Origin: a virus
Taxonomy: Duplodnaviria; Caudoviricetes
Reading direction: 5' to 3' (one strand)
DNA length: 64,000 nt
IMG/VR virus record: IMGVR_UViG_3300028804_000003
Span: 1-64,000 of that record
Shown: positions 1-7,924 of the stretch, piece after piece
Position numbering within the stretch: position 1 is the stretch's first letter
Layout of the letters: each line of letters opens with the position of its first letter
Position numbers and translations under genes: made by a program
The notes under the pieces: model-generated
What the model saw: only the letters and a program-made list of their open reading frames with translations
Told to the model about the DNA's origin: nothing
The model's database searches: none

Positions 1-1
1 G

Positions 2-244
2 GACGCGCTTGCGGCTGCACAAGCCAAAAAGATTGATGACGTGCAAGCCTTCATGAATGACCGATTCAGCAAGCGCATGGCAACGGCAATTCTTGCCGCT
101 CATGTCGATGAGGAATCAAGGCCGGTTGAATCCCTTTGGGATGCTGCAACGGCAATCACTGCTTACGCAAAGGGAATCCCTTTCATGGATGAGCGCGTTA
201 ACGTGGAACGTGTCGCCGGGAAGGTTTTGGATTTGGCGCTGTAA
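2..244 (+). CDS. C-terminal part of a DUF932-like protein (5' truncated by window edge)
   Basis: Frame open from base 2; C-terminus (LWDAATAITAYAK...RVNVERVAGKVLDLAL) resembles DUF932 family ends. Confidence 0.55.
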   Translation, partial: DALAAAQAKKIDDVQAFMNDRFSKRMATAILAAHVDEESRPVESLWDAATAITAYAKGIPFMDERVNVERVAGKVLDLAL

Positions 245-386
245 GACTTAGACTCCCTTACATGCGACACGGGAAGGCCGGACATGTTCCGGCCTTTCTG
301 ATTCGTGCTATCGCGCTTTTGTGGCCACGGTTGCGCGCGGCTTTCCGGCCTTCACAGATGAGGCAAGAGCGGCCTTGCGCAATGTC

Positions 387-442
387 GCCGCTACTATGCC
401 AGCCGGGAAGCGGGAAGGCCTTGCAGCGCGCTCTAAACCGGC
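387..442 (+). repeat. 56-bp direct repeat, copy 1
   Basis: GCCGCTACTATGCCAGCCGGGAAGCGGGAAGGCCTTGCAGCGCGCTCTAAACCGGC identical to 3445-3500. Confidence 0.95.
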
Positions 443-452
443 CTAGCGAGCA

Positions 453-468
453 TTAACTCGGCGCTAAC
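453..468 (+). promoter_or_regulatory. CtrA-like box (degenerate)
   Basis: TTAAC-N6-CTAAC followed by CAT; half-sites 11 bp apart. Confidence 0.45.
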
Positions 469-558
469 CATGGGCGCATGGTCCGATGGTAAACGGCGCG
501 CGATTCTGGCAGTGTTTGCCTTGCCGGAATGGTCCGGCCTATCTCAGGAGTCCTAAAA

Positions 559-732
559 ATGTTCAATAAGGCATTATTCGCGGCTGCCAATGAAGCGCTT
601 GCACTTCATGAGCCGATTCACGTGGAACGCCGCGCGGCTGACAAGCGCCGCAAGCAAGAGCGCCGGGAAGCGCGCGGAATCAAGCTGGATATGCGGCAAG
701 CATGGGAGACAACCGAATCCGATTCAGATTAA
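559..732 (+). CDS. hypothetical early protein (57 aa)
   Basis: AGGAG RBS at 546-550, ATG at 559. Confidence 0.7.
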   Translation: MFNKALFAAANEALALHEPIHVERRAADKRRKQERREARGIKLDMRQAWETTESDSD

Positions 733-743
733 CCTTTTGTTAA
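729..743. promoter_or_regulatory. CtrA consensus box TTAA-N7-TTAA
   Basis: TTAA CCTTTTG TTAA, an exact match; the first half overlaps a TAA stop codon. Confidence 0.55.
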
Positions 744-805
744 GGAGTCGGACTGTATAACCGGCGTTGCCGGAACGGTCCGGCGTTTCCTTTGGAGTCT
801 CTCAC

Positions 806-1030
806 ATGAAAGTTTCCTCAACCGTCACAAGCAAGATTGAAAACCGTCCGGTTTTCGTTGCCGCGCGCAATGCCTTTGAAGCTATCGCGCTTGCGGCTGC
901 TAAGTTTGAGCGCCGCGCCAATGGTTACGACTCGCGCAATTCTAGCTTGCTGCACCATACAACCGGCAAGCCGGTTTGGAAATGCTGCAAACTGGCAAAC
1001 GGCGAAATTGTCGCCGGTATCCATTCCTAA
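806..1030 (+). CDS. hypothetical early protein
   Basis: GGAG RBS, ATG at 806. Confidence 0.65.
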   Translation: MKVSSTVTSKIENRPVFVAARNAFEAIALAAAKFERRANGYDSRNSSLLHHTTGKPVWKCCKLANGEIVAGIHS

Positions 1031-1044
1031 CAGGAGTCAAGAGC

Positions 1045-1287
1045 ATGATCGCAGAATTTTACGGGCTTTCAAGGTGCGGCAAGTTTGCCATTGGCGCGCC
1101 ATTCCATTTCCGCAAGGTTGCCGCGCCGGGAAACGGCTGCAAATGGGTTATAATGGCAACACGACTCGGCGTGTCGGCAACCGTGTTAGAACGTTGCTGC
1201 AATCTCAATTTCAAAACCAAAAGGGAAGCGCAAAGCGCGCTTGCCGCAAAGCTCGCAACCGTCAACACTGGAGTCAATCATGTCTGA
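1045..1287 (+). CDS. hypothetical early protein
   Basis: AGGAG RBS, ATG at 1045. Confidence 0.6.
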   Translation: MIAEFYGLSRCGKFAIGAPFHFRKVAAPGNGCKWVIMATRLGVSATVLERCCNLNFKTKREAQSALAAKLATVNTGVNHV

Positions 1288-1633
1288 CAATCGGAAACAT
1301 TCCCGGCTTTTCTACTTCACAATTTCGCAAGGCTTGCGCGGCTGCTATATGCCGGACTCCTGCTATGTGATAGCAGTGAAGACTCGGCGCGAATTGCGGC
1401 AAGCGCTTGACTGGGAAGCCTATCACATTCGGGAAGCCTTTGACGCCGGATGCAGCAAGCGCGCCGTGTCATGGCTTGCTAATGCCTCATGGAAGGCTCG
1501 CAACCGTTACGGCTTGCCCTATGTCGCGGAATATGGGAACCGTTCCGGCTCATCCGTAAATTATTGCATGGGGCTTTTTTGCTCTACTGCAACACGGGAA
1601 GAATGGAAAGAATCACAAGAGGAGTCCATGTGA
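1280..1633 (+). CDS. hypothetical early protein
   Basis: GGAG RBS, ATG at 1280, overlaps the upstream stop. Confidence 0.7.
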   Translation: MSDNRKHSRLFYFTISQGLRGCYMPDSCYVIAVKTRRELRQALDWEAYHIREAFDAGCSKRAVSWLANASWKARNRYGLPYVAEYGNRSGSSVNYCMGLFCSTATREEWKESQEESM

Positions 1634-1854
1634 TGGCCGATTATGTCATTCCGGTTTACGTGTCATTCCGTCCGGCAACCGGCAAGCCGGAAATCGCGCG
1701 CTGCTATCACTTTGCAGCGCAATCAAGCGCCGATTCTTTCATGGCTTCCATTCGTGACATTCCGGGAGTCTTGACAATCGAATGTGAGGCAAGGCCCATG
1801 GCGATTCATTCGGCACATTCGGCGTTTGCGCTCTTCACTGCCGAACGAATCTAA
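1633..1854 (+). CDS. hypothetical early protein
   Basis: GGAG RBS, start coupled to the upstream TGA. Confidence 0.6.
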   Translation: MADYVIPVYVSFRPATGKPEIARCYHFAAQSSADSFMASIRDIPGVLTIECEARPMAIHSAHSAFALFTAERI

Positions 1855-1878
1855 GCAACACAAAACAGGAGTCAAGTT

Positions 1879-2547
1879 ATGCCTCGCACAATGACAATCG
1901 AAAAAACCGTTTTCAAGTTTTTGGAATTGAGCAAGAAAGCGCAAGAGCGCGCGCTTGATAAATTCCGGGAATGGGCTTGTGATGACTCATACTGGTATGA
2001 GTCCATATATGAGGACACGGCGCGGATTTTCGACATTCTCGGAATCCATTCGGAACGGCTTGAACGTTGGCACAATGTCACGACTCACAAGAGCGGGACT
2101 CGGACTGTCAAGCCTGACATTTCTTTTTCCGGCTTTTGCTCGCAAGGTGACGGCGCGTCCTTTGAGGGGACATGGAATTACAAGCGCGGCATGGTCAAGG
2201 CCATAAAGGCCTATGCGCCGCAAGATTCCGAATTGCAGGAAATTGCAGAAGGCTTGCAGGAAATGCAGCGCCGCTATTTTTACAAGCTAACGGCGCGCAT
2301 GGTCCGGCGCGACTCCCACTATTGCCACGAAAACACAATCGGTTTTGAGTTTGAGCTTGACGGCGACACGTGGCGGAATATCTCGGATGACGTGACCGGC
2401 GGAATCGAAAACTATATGCGCCGACTCATGCGCTGGATTTACCGGCAACTTGAGGCGGAATATAACTATCAAACAAGTGATGAGGCTATCACGGAGTCGA
2501 TTGAGGCAAACGATTATGAATTTGACGAGTCGGGAAGGCTGGCATAA
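1879..2547 (+). CDS. protein of the plasmid/ICE family usually annotated 'antitoxin of toxin-antitoxin stability system' (function unproven)
   Basis: Motifs FSGFCSQGDGASF, YAPQDSEL, QRRYFYKL, RWIYRQLEAEYNYQTSDEAI...NDYEF match that family as recalled. Confidence 0.7.
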   Translation: MPRTMTIEKTVFKFLELSKKAQERALDKFREWACDDSYWYESIYEDTARIFDILGIHSERLERWHNVTTHKSGTRTVKPDISFSGFCSQGDGASFEGTWNYKRGMVKAIKAYAPQDSELQEIAEGLQEMQRRYFYKLTARMVRRDSHYCHENTIGFEFELDGDTWRNISDDVTGGIENYMRRLMRWIYRQLEAEYNYQTSDEAITESIEANDYEFDESGRLA

Positions 2548-2789
2548 TGCGCGGCCTATGGCCTAACATGACGCGCGCAAGAGCGCCGCGATTCTATCAC
2601 GGCGCAATCTGGCATGACGGCGACTCGGTTGCTTTCTGCTATATGCAAGCGCGCAACATGAGACCGGAAGCGCGCGGCATTGTGCGCCGGTTGAATAGGT
2701 CTAACGGAATGGTGACAATCGACTCGCCGGATCATGGCCGAGTCCGTGTCCATTCCTCTTGCGTTTCACATATCAGGGAAGGAGTCTAA
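2547..2789 (+). CDS. hypothetical protein
   Basis: ATG coupled to the upstream TAA; fills the gap in the operon. Confidence 0.55.
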   Translation: MRGLWPNMTRARAPRFYHGAIWHDGDSVAFCYMQARNMRPEARGIVRRLNRSNGMVTIDSPDHGRVRVHSSCVSHIREGV

Positions 2790-2794
2790 CTGAC

Positions 2795-3118
2795 ATGCAA
2801 ACTTGTTTCATTTATCAGGCTGACATATGGTGCAATGATTGCGGCAATGGAATCATTGACCGGCTGGAAGCGCGCGGCAAGCCTGACACGGAAGACTCGG
2901 ACACGTTCCCGCAAGAGGAAACGATTAGCGAATCGGACACGCCGAGTCATTGCGCCGGTTGCGGCTGCTTTCTTGACAATCCCTTGACGCATGACGGACT
3001 CGCCTATGTGCAGCGCGCGCTTGATGAGCACGGCGCAACCGGCAAAGGCAACCGGGAAGTGTTGCAGCAATGGGCGCGGCGCTATGGCTTCCACAATGCA
3101 GGAGTCTTGAACGTTTGA
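2795..3118 (+). CDS. hypothetical protein with two CxxC motifs (putative Zn-binding)
   Basis: AGGAG RBS; WCNDC and HCAGC. Confidence 0.7.
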   Translation: MQTCFIYQADIWCNDCGNGIIDRLEARGKPDTEDSDTFPQEETISESDTPSHCAGCGCFLDNPLTHDGLAYVQRALDEHGATGKGNREVLQQWARRYGFHNAGVLNV

Positions 3119-3196
3119 CCGGCTTGCCTATCACGGCAAGGCATAACGGCTGCAATCGACTATCGCGCCACGGCTGGCAACCGTCAACCGTGGCGC

Positions 3197-3494
3197 TTGC
3201 CGTTTGGCTTGTGCTGGCATGGCTTGCCGTGGCCATTAGAGCGCGCTGCAAAGGCCTTGCGCCGGTTGCCGGATCAATCGGACTGGAGTCTAATTCCGGC
3301 CTTCCATGGGCTCGCAAATCGCGCCGGGAAGCAACCGGCCAATTGACCGGCCAAACGGCAACGGCAAGAGCGCCGGGAAGGCTGGCATATAGGACGGCGC
3401 GCAACCGGCCAAAAGAGCGGCAAGCAATGGCCACGGCTGGCAAGGCCGCTACTATGCCAGCCGGGAAGCGGGAAGGCCTTGCAGCGCGCTCTAA
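3197..3494. repeat. Intergenic cluster of dispersed inverted repeats
   Basis: 3197-3207 pairs with 3351-3361; 3226-3237 with 3426-3437; 3236-3258 with 3473-3494 (one extra base). Confidence 0.8.
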
Positions 3495-3500
3495 ACCGGC
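3445..3500 (+). repeat. 56-bp direct repeat, copy 2
   Basis: Identical to 387-442. Confidence 0.95.
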
Positions 3501-3510
3501 TTGCGTGGCA

Positions 3511-3566
3511 TTAACCGGCTGGTAACCATATTGTGGAATCCGGCTCGGCGTTAACGGTTTGGTAAC
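3511..3566 (+). promoter_or_regulatory. two tandem CtrA-like boxes
   Basis: TTAAC-N6-GTAAC at 3511-3526 and at 3551-3566. Confidence 0.45.
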
Positions 3567-3726
3567 GAATCCCTGATAGACTGAATCGCATAGACCGGAA
3601 AGCAGACCGGGACAGGGAACCGCCCACGGCGCGCGCAGTCAGGATATGGTGAATCGTTAACCCTAACGAAGTGCTAACTTACACCTTTCGTTAACCTTAA
3701 CTTTTAACCTTACCGAAGTGTGAACG

Positions 3727-3742
3727 TTAACGATCCATTAAC
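3727..3742 (+). promoter_or_regulatory. CtrA consensus box TTAA-N7-TTAAC
   Basis: TTAA CGATCCA TTAAC, exact match in an intergenic TTAAC-rich tract. Confidence 0.6.
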
Positions 3743-3768
3743 CTTAACGATTCATGGTTAACGGGGCG

Positions 3769-3935
3769 TTGTGGCCAAGCTGCCCGCCGTTGTGGCCAAG
3801 CTGCCCGCCCCTTTGTGGGCAAGCTGCCCGGTTGTGGCCAAGCTGCCCGCCCGCGCGCCGAGGGTTGTGAGCAAGCTGCCCGATTCACCATTCGTTAACC
3901 ATGAGCACGGTTGCCTGTTGTGCCCAAGCTGCCCG
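3769..3935 (+). repeat. array of six 18-bp TTGTGnnCAAGCTGCCCG repeats
   Basis: Copies start at 3769, 3790, 3813, 3832, 3865, 3918. Confidence 0.95.
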
Positions 3936-4111
3936 TGTGAGATAAGCAATCATCGGAAACGAGCCGAGCCAATGCGGACAAAGGAGGGTCACATGTGACA
4001 GGTGACGGGGCACCGGATGCGCAGTAAATCGGAAACACCGTCGAAAGATTTTTGGGCATGACCGGCCCGGACATAACATCCGGGTCCGGTCTCAAACAAA
4101 GGAGACAAGCC

Positions 4112-4348
4112 ATGAAGGTTCTGACAATGACGCGGGTCTTGAGCGACATCGACTCGCTGGCGATGATGGAATACACGGACGCCGATGACCGGCCCGCCTA
4201 TGTGCGGAAATTCTGCCGCGCCAACTACGGCGCTGCCAATCCTGAATTGACGGCTGCGGTCAACCGGGCTTTCTTCGATGCGGTCACCGGATCGCAGGTC
4301 AGGGCGCGGACGTTCGCGCGCAGCATCGGCACCGAGGCGCTTTACTAA
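4112..4348 (+). CDS. hypothetical early protein
   Basis: AAGGAG RBS, ATG at 4112. Confidence 0.7.
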   Translation: MKVLTMTRVLSDIDSLAMMEYTDADDRPAYVRKFCRANYGAANPELTAAVNRAFFDAVTGSQVRARTFARSIGTEALY

Positions 4349-4406
4349 TCGCCCAACTTTTCGACTTTCAACGAGTCTCCCAAAATTTTGCCGGGAGTCT
4401 CATGTG

Positions 4407-4428
4407 CCTAGAAATTTGCCGGGAGTCT
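4407..4428 (+). repeat. 22-bp repeat CCTAGAAATTTGCCGGGAGTCT, copy 1 (partial copy at 4384-4400)
   Basis: Exact second copy at 9836-9857. Confidence 0.9.
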
Positions 4429-4456
4429 AACCGGCTGGAAAATTAGGAGGGTTATC

Positions 4457-4768
4457 ATGGATACCAAGCGGAAAATTGAGATTGTGGAAAGCTACGGCTT
4501 TCTTGTGCAGTCGCGCGGGGAGTGGCTCGACTCCGCGCCGAGCAACGGCTGGCGGCACCGTGCCGAGGGACTGGATCACATGGCATATGTGATCGTTGAC
4601 GAAGAGGACCACCCCGAAGACGGATGGATGCTTTGGGGGAATGACCTTGACGAATTGCTGGACGAAACCATCGGCCCGGATGGTCCTTTGTGGGAAGGTG
4701 ACCACTCGTACCATGTAGAGGCGCGCGCCGAAGACAGGGCCAAGGGTATCGGCAAGGAACATGTGTGA
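4457..4768 (+). CDS. acidic hypothetical protein
   Basis: AGGAGG RBS; D/E-rich. Confidence 0.8.
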   Translation: MDTKRKIEIVESYGFLVQSRGEWLDSAPSNGWRHRAEGLDHMAYVIVDEEDHPEDGWMLWGNDLDELLDETIGPDGPLWEGDHSYHVEARAEDRAKGIGKEHV

Positions 4769-4974
4769 TGGAAGAGGTCAGCATCAAGTACGAGGAATGC
4801 GGTTGCTGCGGCCACTATCACCGGCCCGAATTTCGCGGCGATTGCCGGGACGACTCCAACAGGTTCACACTGGATCAGATTGAAGCCATGGAGGGCTTCC
4901 ACTACATGGACATAGTGCGGACCCTTGAAGATCAGATGGATGCCGAAGCGCATGCAGACGAAGACGTGGAATGA
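4765..4974 (+). CDS. small acidic protein with CGCCGHYH motif
   Basis: Coupled start; Cys/His cluster. Confidence 0.7.
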   Translation: MMEEVSIKYEECGCCGHYHRPEFRGDCRDDSNRFTLDQIEAMEGFHYMDIVRTLEDQMDAEAHADEDVE

Positions 4975-5179
4975 ACTGGTCGAGATAGCGCGGCAAGAGG
5001 GCATAGAGCTTTACGATTGCGAGCGCACCGGGAGCGGCCATTACAAGCTATTCCTGCGAAGGGATGGAGTCGAGCGGTTCACCATCTTTGGCGGCACTCC
5101 CGGCTGCCATAGGACACTGCACAAGCAGCGAAAGGACATGCGGCGAGTCTTCACTGAACACGGCAGAGATAGGAGGTAA
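4952..5179 (+). CDS. HicA-like small protein (start uncertain, 4925 or 4952)
   Basis: RTGSGHYKL...GTPGCHR..HK.RKDMRR pattern resembles the HicA dsRBD-like fold. Confidence 0.45.
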   Translation: MQTKTWNELVEIARQEGIELYDCERTGSGHYKLFLRRDGVERFTIFGGTPGCHRTLHKQRKDMRRVFTEHGRDRR

Positions 5180-5181
5180 CA

Positions 5182-5355
5182 ATGCAGCCTTGGACCTATG
5201 AAATTCAGCATAAGGGCAATGACGGCGATTGCGTGTGGCACGTGGTGCGATTCCATGAATCGCGCGGCGAGTTTCAGGCCAAGTACATCATTGCCAAATG
5301 CCCGACAAGGAATCTGGCCGTGGAAATTGTCAGGGCCTTGGAAACGGTCTGTTAA
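5182..5355 (+). CDS. hypothetical protein (57 aa, not in ORF track)
   Basis: AGGAGG RBS, ATG 5182, TAA 5353-5355. Confidence 0.65.
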   Translation: MQPWTYEIQHKGNDGDCVWHVVRFHESRGEFQAKYIIAKCPTRNLAVEIVRALETVC

Positions 5356-5437
5356 CCATCAGCCTACAGACTGATTGCTTTCTCCAAGTTTTCAGGCTAT
5401 AGACTGACCATCGCAACATTACATGGGAGTGCAACAA

Positions 5438-5941
5438 ATGCCGGAATACATCATGCCGACCGATCACGCCAAGGACATGCCGAGCTTCGACAGGCTGCCC
5501 GCATTCGTGCAGGGCTACCTTGAGGCCGCTTTCTTCACGGAGCACAATGAGCGCTATGACCGTGACGAATGGGACTCCGAGGAAGCGCAGGAAGCCGTCC
5601 GCGAGGGCACCGTCAGCGGCAGCATTCCCAAGGATGCGGGCTACGCCGACATGACCGAGGCGACTCTGGTCGAGGTCATGAATGACTGCAAGGCCTTCGA
5701 AGAGTACGCGGCTGATCTGCTGGCCATTGCTTACGGCGATGACGGCCACGAAGGGCGCGGCTATGATGAAAAGCAGGCCGGACGCGATTTCTGGTACACG
5801 CGCAACGGCCACGGCGTGGGCTTTTGGGACCGCGAGGAACTGACCGAGGGTGGACTGGGCGACCGTCTGGCCAAGCGCGCCCGCAAGCAGGGCAACGTTG
5901 ACGCCTACTGGGGCGATGACGGCAAGGTCTATTTCTCGTGA
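5438..5941 (+). CDS. conserved phage early protein with AGRDFWYTRNGHGVGFWDR motif
   Basis: Motif recalled from a widespread uncharacterised phage early-gene family; GGGAG RBS. Confidence 0.75.
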   Translation: MPEYIMPTDHAKDMPSFDRLPAFVQGYLEAAFFTEHNERYDRDEWDSEEAQEAVREGTVSGSIPKDAGYADMTEATLVEVMNDCKAFEEYAADLLAIAYGDDGHEGRGYDEKQAGRDFWYTRNGHGVGFWDREELTEGGLGDRLAKRARKQGNVDAYWGDDGKVYFS

Positions 5942-6073
5942 GGCGCAAGCAGCCGAAGAAATTCACCGTGTGGACGCGCGGGTCCTCTCAGTCATTTACC
6001 AACTGGGCAGATACCGCGCATTTCCTCAAGTACCTGCTTGACAACGGGTACGAGGTCAAGGGAGTAACCAAAA

Positions 6074-6451
6074 ATGGGAACACCTGAAGAGCTTGCATTC
6101 CTGTTGCAGGAATCCGGCACGGCACTGGTGGATGCAAGCGACGTGTTGCATGCGGTTGACCATTCGCTGGCCGACAAAAACAATTTCATGCCGAAGGGCA
6201 TGACCGAGGCCGATGGATGGATGGCCCGTCACGGCAATCCGCTGGTGAGCACCGAGACGGCTCTTAAGCTGGTGCACATGGCCGGTGGCATGCCGAGCAT
6301 GGCCATGGTCATTGACAGCCGAGCCAAGTTCGCAACGGCAGTGATTCAGTTTGACTACGCCCGAGGCGAAGCCAAAGCCGAGACTCTGCCTATCGCAATA
6401 TGCGCTGCCGTGCTGGACGCGCTGGACAAGAAAGGAAAGCTCAATGTCTGA
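6074..6451 (+). CDS. hypothetical protein
   Basis: GGGAG RBS; C-terminal TLPIAICAAVL motif as in phage ABA-sandwich-like proteins. Confidence 0.7.
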   Translation: MGTPEELAFLLQESGTALVDASDVLHAVDHSLADKNNFMPKGMTEADGWMARHGNPLVSTETALKLVHMAGGMPSMAMVIDSRAKFATAVIQFDYARGEAKAETLPIAICAAVLDALDKKGKLNV

Positions 6452-6689
6452 GGGACTCACGGCGAAAATCGCATACGCAATGCCGCTGGTTGATCTGGCA
6501 GGCATCGTCAACAACGGCAACTATTCGCAGGCCGACCGACTCAAGGCTGCCAATGCGCTTCACGCCCGCGCCGCTGGCGAAATGAAGGGTGCTGGCTGGT
6601 TGTCTCTTTCGCGCCACGAAAAGGCTGAGGTCCGCGAGGCGCTGAAATTCGACACGACCGGCGAAGGGTTCATGCCGATCAGCGGTTAA
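6444..6689 (+). CDS. hypothetical protein
   Basis: AAGGA RBS, ATG 6444. Confidence 0.65.
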   Translation: MSEGLTAKIAYAMPLVDLAGIVNNGNYSQADRLKAANALHARAAGEMKGAGWLSLSRHEKAEVREALKFDTTGEGFMPISG

Positions 6690-6706
6690 CCATGATCCAG
6701 TGACGT

Positions 6707-6734
6707 TATAGACACGGCTGCAATCGTGTCTATA
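6707..6734. promoter_or_regulatory. perfect 10-bp inverted repeat (putative operator) upstream of the acidic gene
   Basis: TATAGACACG-N8-CGTGTCTATA. Confidence 0.5.
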
Positions 6735-6770
6735 GCGGGTTCATCATCAACCAACACAGGAGACAATCAC

Positions 6771-7370
6771 ATGGCCGACTTTGACATCAATTCCCCCGGT
6801 GACGTGTTCGACTCTCGTGACGTTATCAAGCGGTGGGATGAACTGGACAGCGACCACGACGCATTGCAGGATGCGATTGACGAGGCTGCGGGCATGGTGG
6901 AGCAGTGGCAGGACTCGCTTGCCCAAGCCGAGCGTGACGCCGAAGAAGCGCAGGGCATTCTTGACGACATGGACCCCGACACTGACGGCTACGGCAGCGC
7001 CGAGATTGACCGTGATGACGCCGACGACGAGGTCACGCGACTCAAGAATGAACTGGCCGAGAACGAAGAGGCATTGAAAGACGCCGAGAAGGCCATGGAA
7101 GAATGGGACGACTATGAAGAATACGCGGCTCTCAAGGAGTTCGTGGAGGACGCCGAGAACGTCACGGACTGGAATCACGGGGCCACGTTCATCGCGGATG
7201 ACTATTTCGAAACCTATGCCCGCGAGTTCGCGGATGACATCGGCGCGACCAAGCGTGACGCACAGTGGCCCTTGAATTGCATTGACTGGGCCAAGGCGGC
7301 AGAGCAATTGCAGGCCGACTATCAGGACTACAACGTCAACGGCACCACCTACTGGGTGCAGCAGAGCTAG
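6771..7370 (+). CDS. highly acidic ArdA-like antirestriction / DNA-mimic candidate
   Basis: About 59 of 199 residues D/E; C-terminus YFETYAREFADDIG...WPLNCIDWAKAAEQLQADY resembles ArdA-like phage proteins. Confidence 0.65.
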   Translation: MADFDINSPGDVFDSRDVIKRWDELDSDHDALQDAIDEAAGMVEQWQDSLAQAERDAEEAQGILDDMDPDTDGYGSAEIDRDDADDEVTRLKNELAENEEALKDAEKAMEEWDDYEEYAALKEFVEDAENVTDWNHGATFIADDYFETYAREFADDIGATKRDAQWPLNCIDWAKAAEQLQADYQDYNVNGTTYWVQQS

Positions 7371-7379
7371 GAGTCGAAC

Positions 7380-7568
7380 ATGGGCGCGGGAATTTACACC
7401 TATCGAATTGAAGACGGTCGAGATTGTGACCCGCCCGTGAATGCGACCGTTTTCATTGTCACCGATCCGGCTGGCCATGAGCTTATTGGCACATGGTCTG
7501 AATGCTGGAAAGCACGTGCTTTCTGCCAAATGAAGAATCGTCAACTGAAAGAGGAGTCAAGGAATTGA
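7380..7568 (+). CDS. hypothetical protein
   Basis: GGAG RBS, ATG 7380. Confidence 0.6.
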   Translation: MGAGIYTYRIEDGRDCDPPVNATVFIVTDPAGHELIGTWSECWKARAFCQMKNRQLKEESRN

Positions 7569-7924
7569 ACAAGCAACGACGCAAGGATATTGGCAACGCA
7601 GTGGAACTGATTGCCAAGGCGCGCGGCCTCATGGAGGAAGCATCGGCGGCGGCAGCCGAGGCCAAGGACATGCTCGAAACCGCGAGGGACGAAGAGCAGG
7701 ATTACAAGGACAACATGCCCGAGAACATGCAGAACGGCGACAAGGGCAGCATGGCCGACTCGGCAATCGACAATCTGGAAACGGCGGCGAGTGCAGCCGA
7801 GTCGCTGGTGGATGAACTGGACGAGGCCGTCAATGCCTTGCAGGAGGTCATCGACAAGCTGGAAGGTGATGCAACGTCGAACGCCGACGAGGCCGAAAGC
7901 GCGGCGGATAGCGCCACGGAATAA
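7565..7924 (+). CDS. acidic coiled-coil phage protein
   Basis: TTG start; MNKQRRK...DEEQDYKDNMPENMQ pattern of a recurrent phage early family. Confidence 0.7.
   Translation: MNKQRRKDIGNAVELIAKARGLMEEASAAAAEAKDMLETARDEEQDYKDNMPENMQNGDKGSMADSAIDNLETAASAAESLVDELDEAVNALQEVIDKLEGDATSNADEAESAADSATE

Noticed and set aside
1879-2547. Bona fide toxin-antitoxin pair
   Set aside because: The family label is an unverified annotation and no adjacent toxin gene is recognisable
3769-3935. Repeat array as a CRISPR array
   Set aside because: Repeats are 18 bp with 1-35 bp irregular gaps, there are no unique spacers of constant length and no cas operon; the Cas4-like DUF2800 gene is a replication-module nuclease
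3771-3998. Repetitive ORFs (AKLPA repeats) across the arrays, also 9188-9424
   Set aside because: Translation artefacts of the DNA repeat; no RBS
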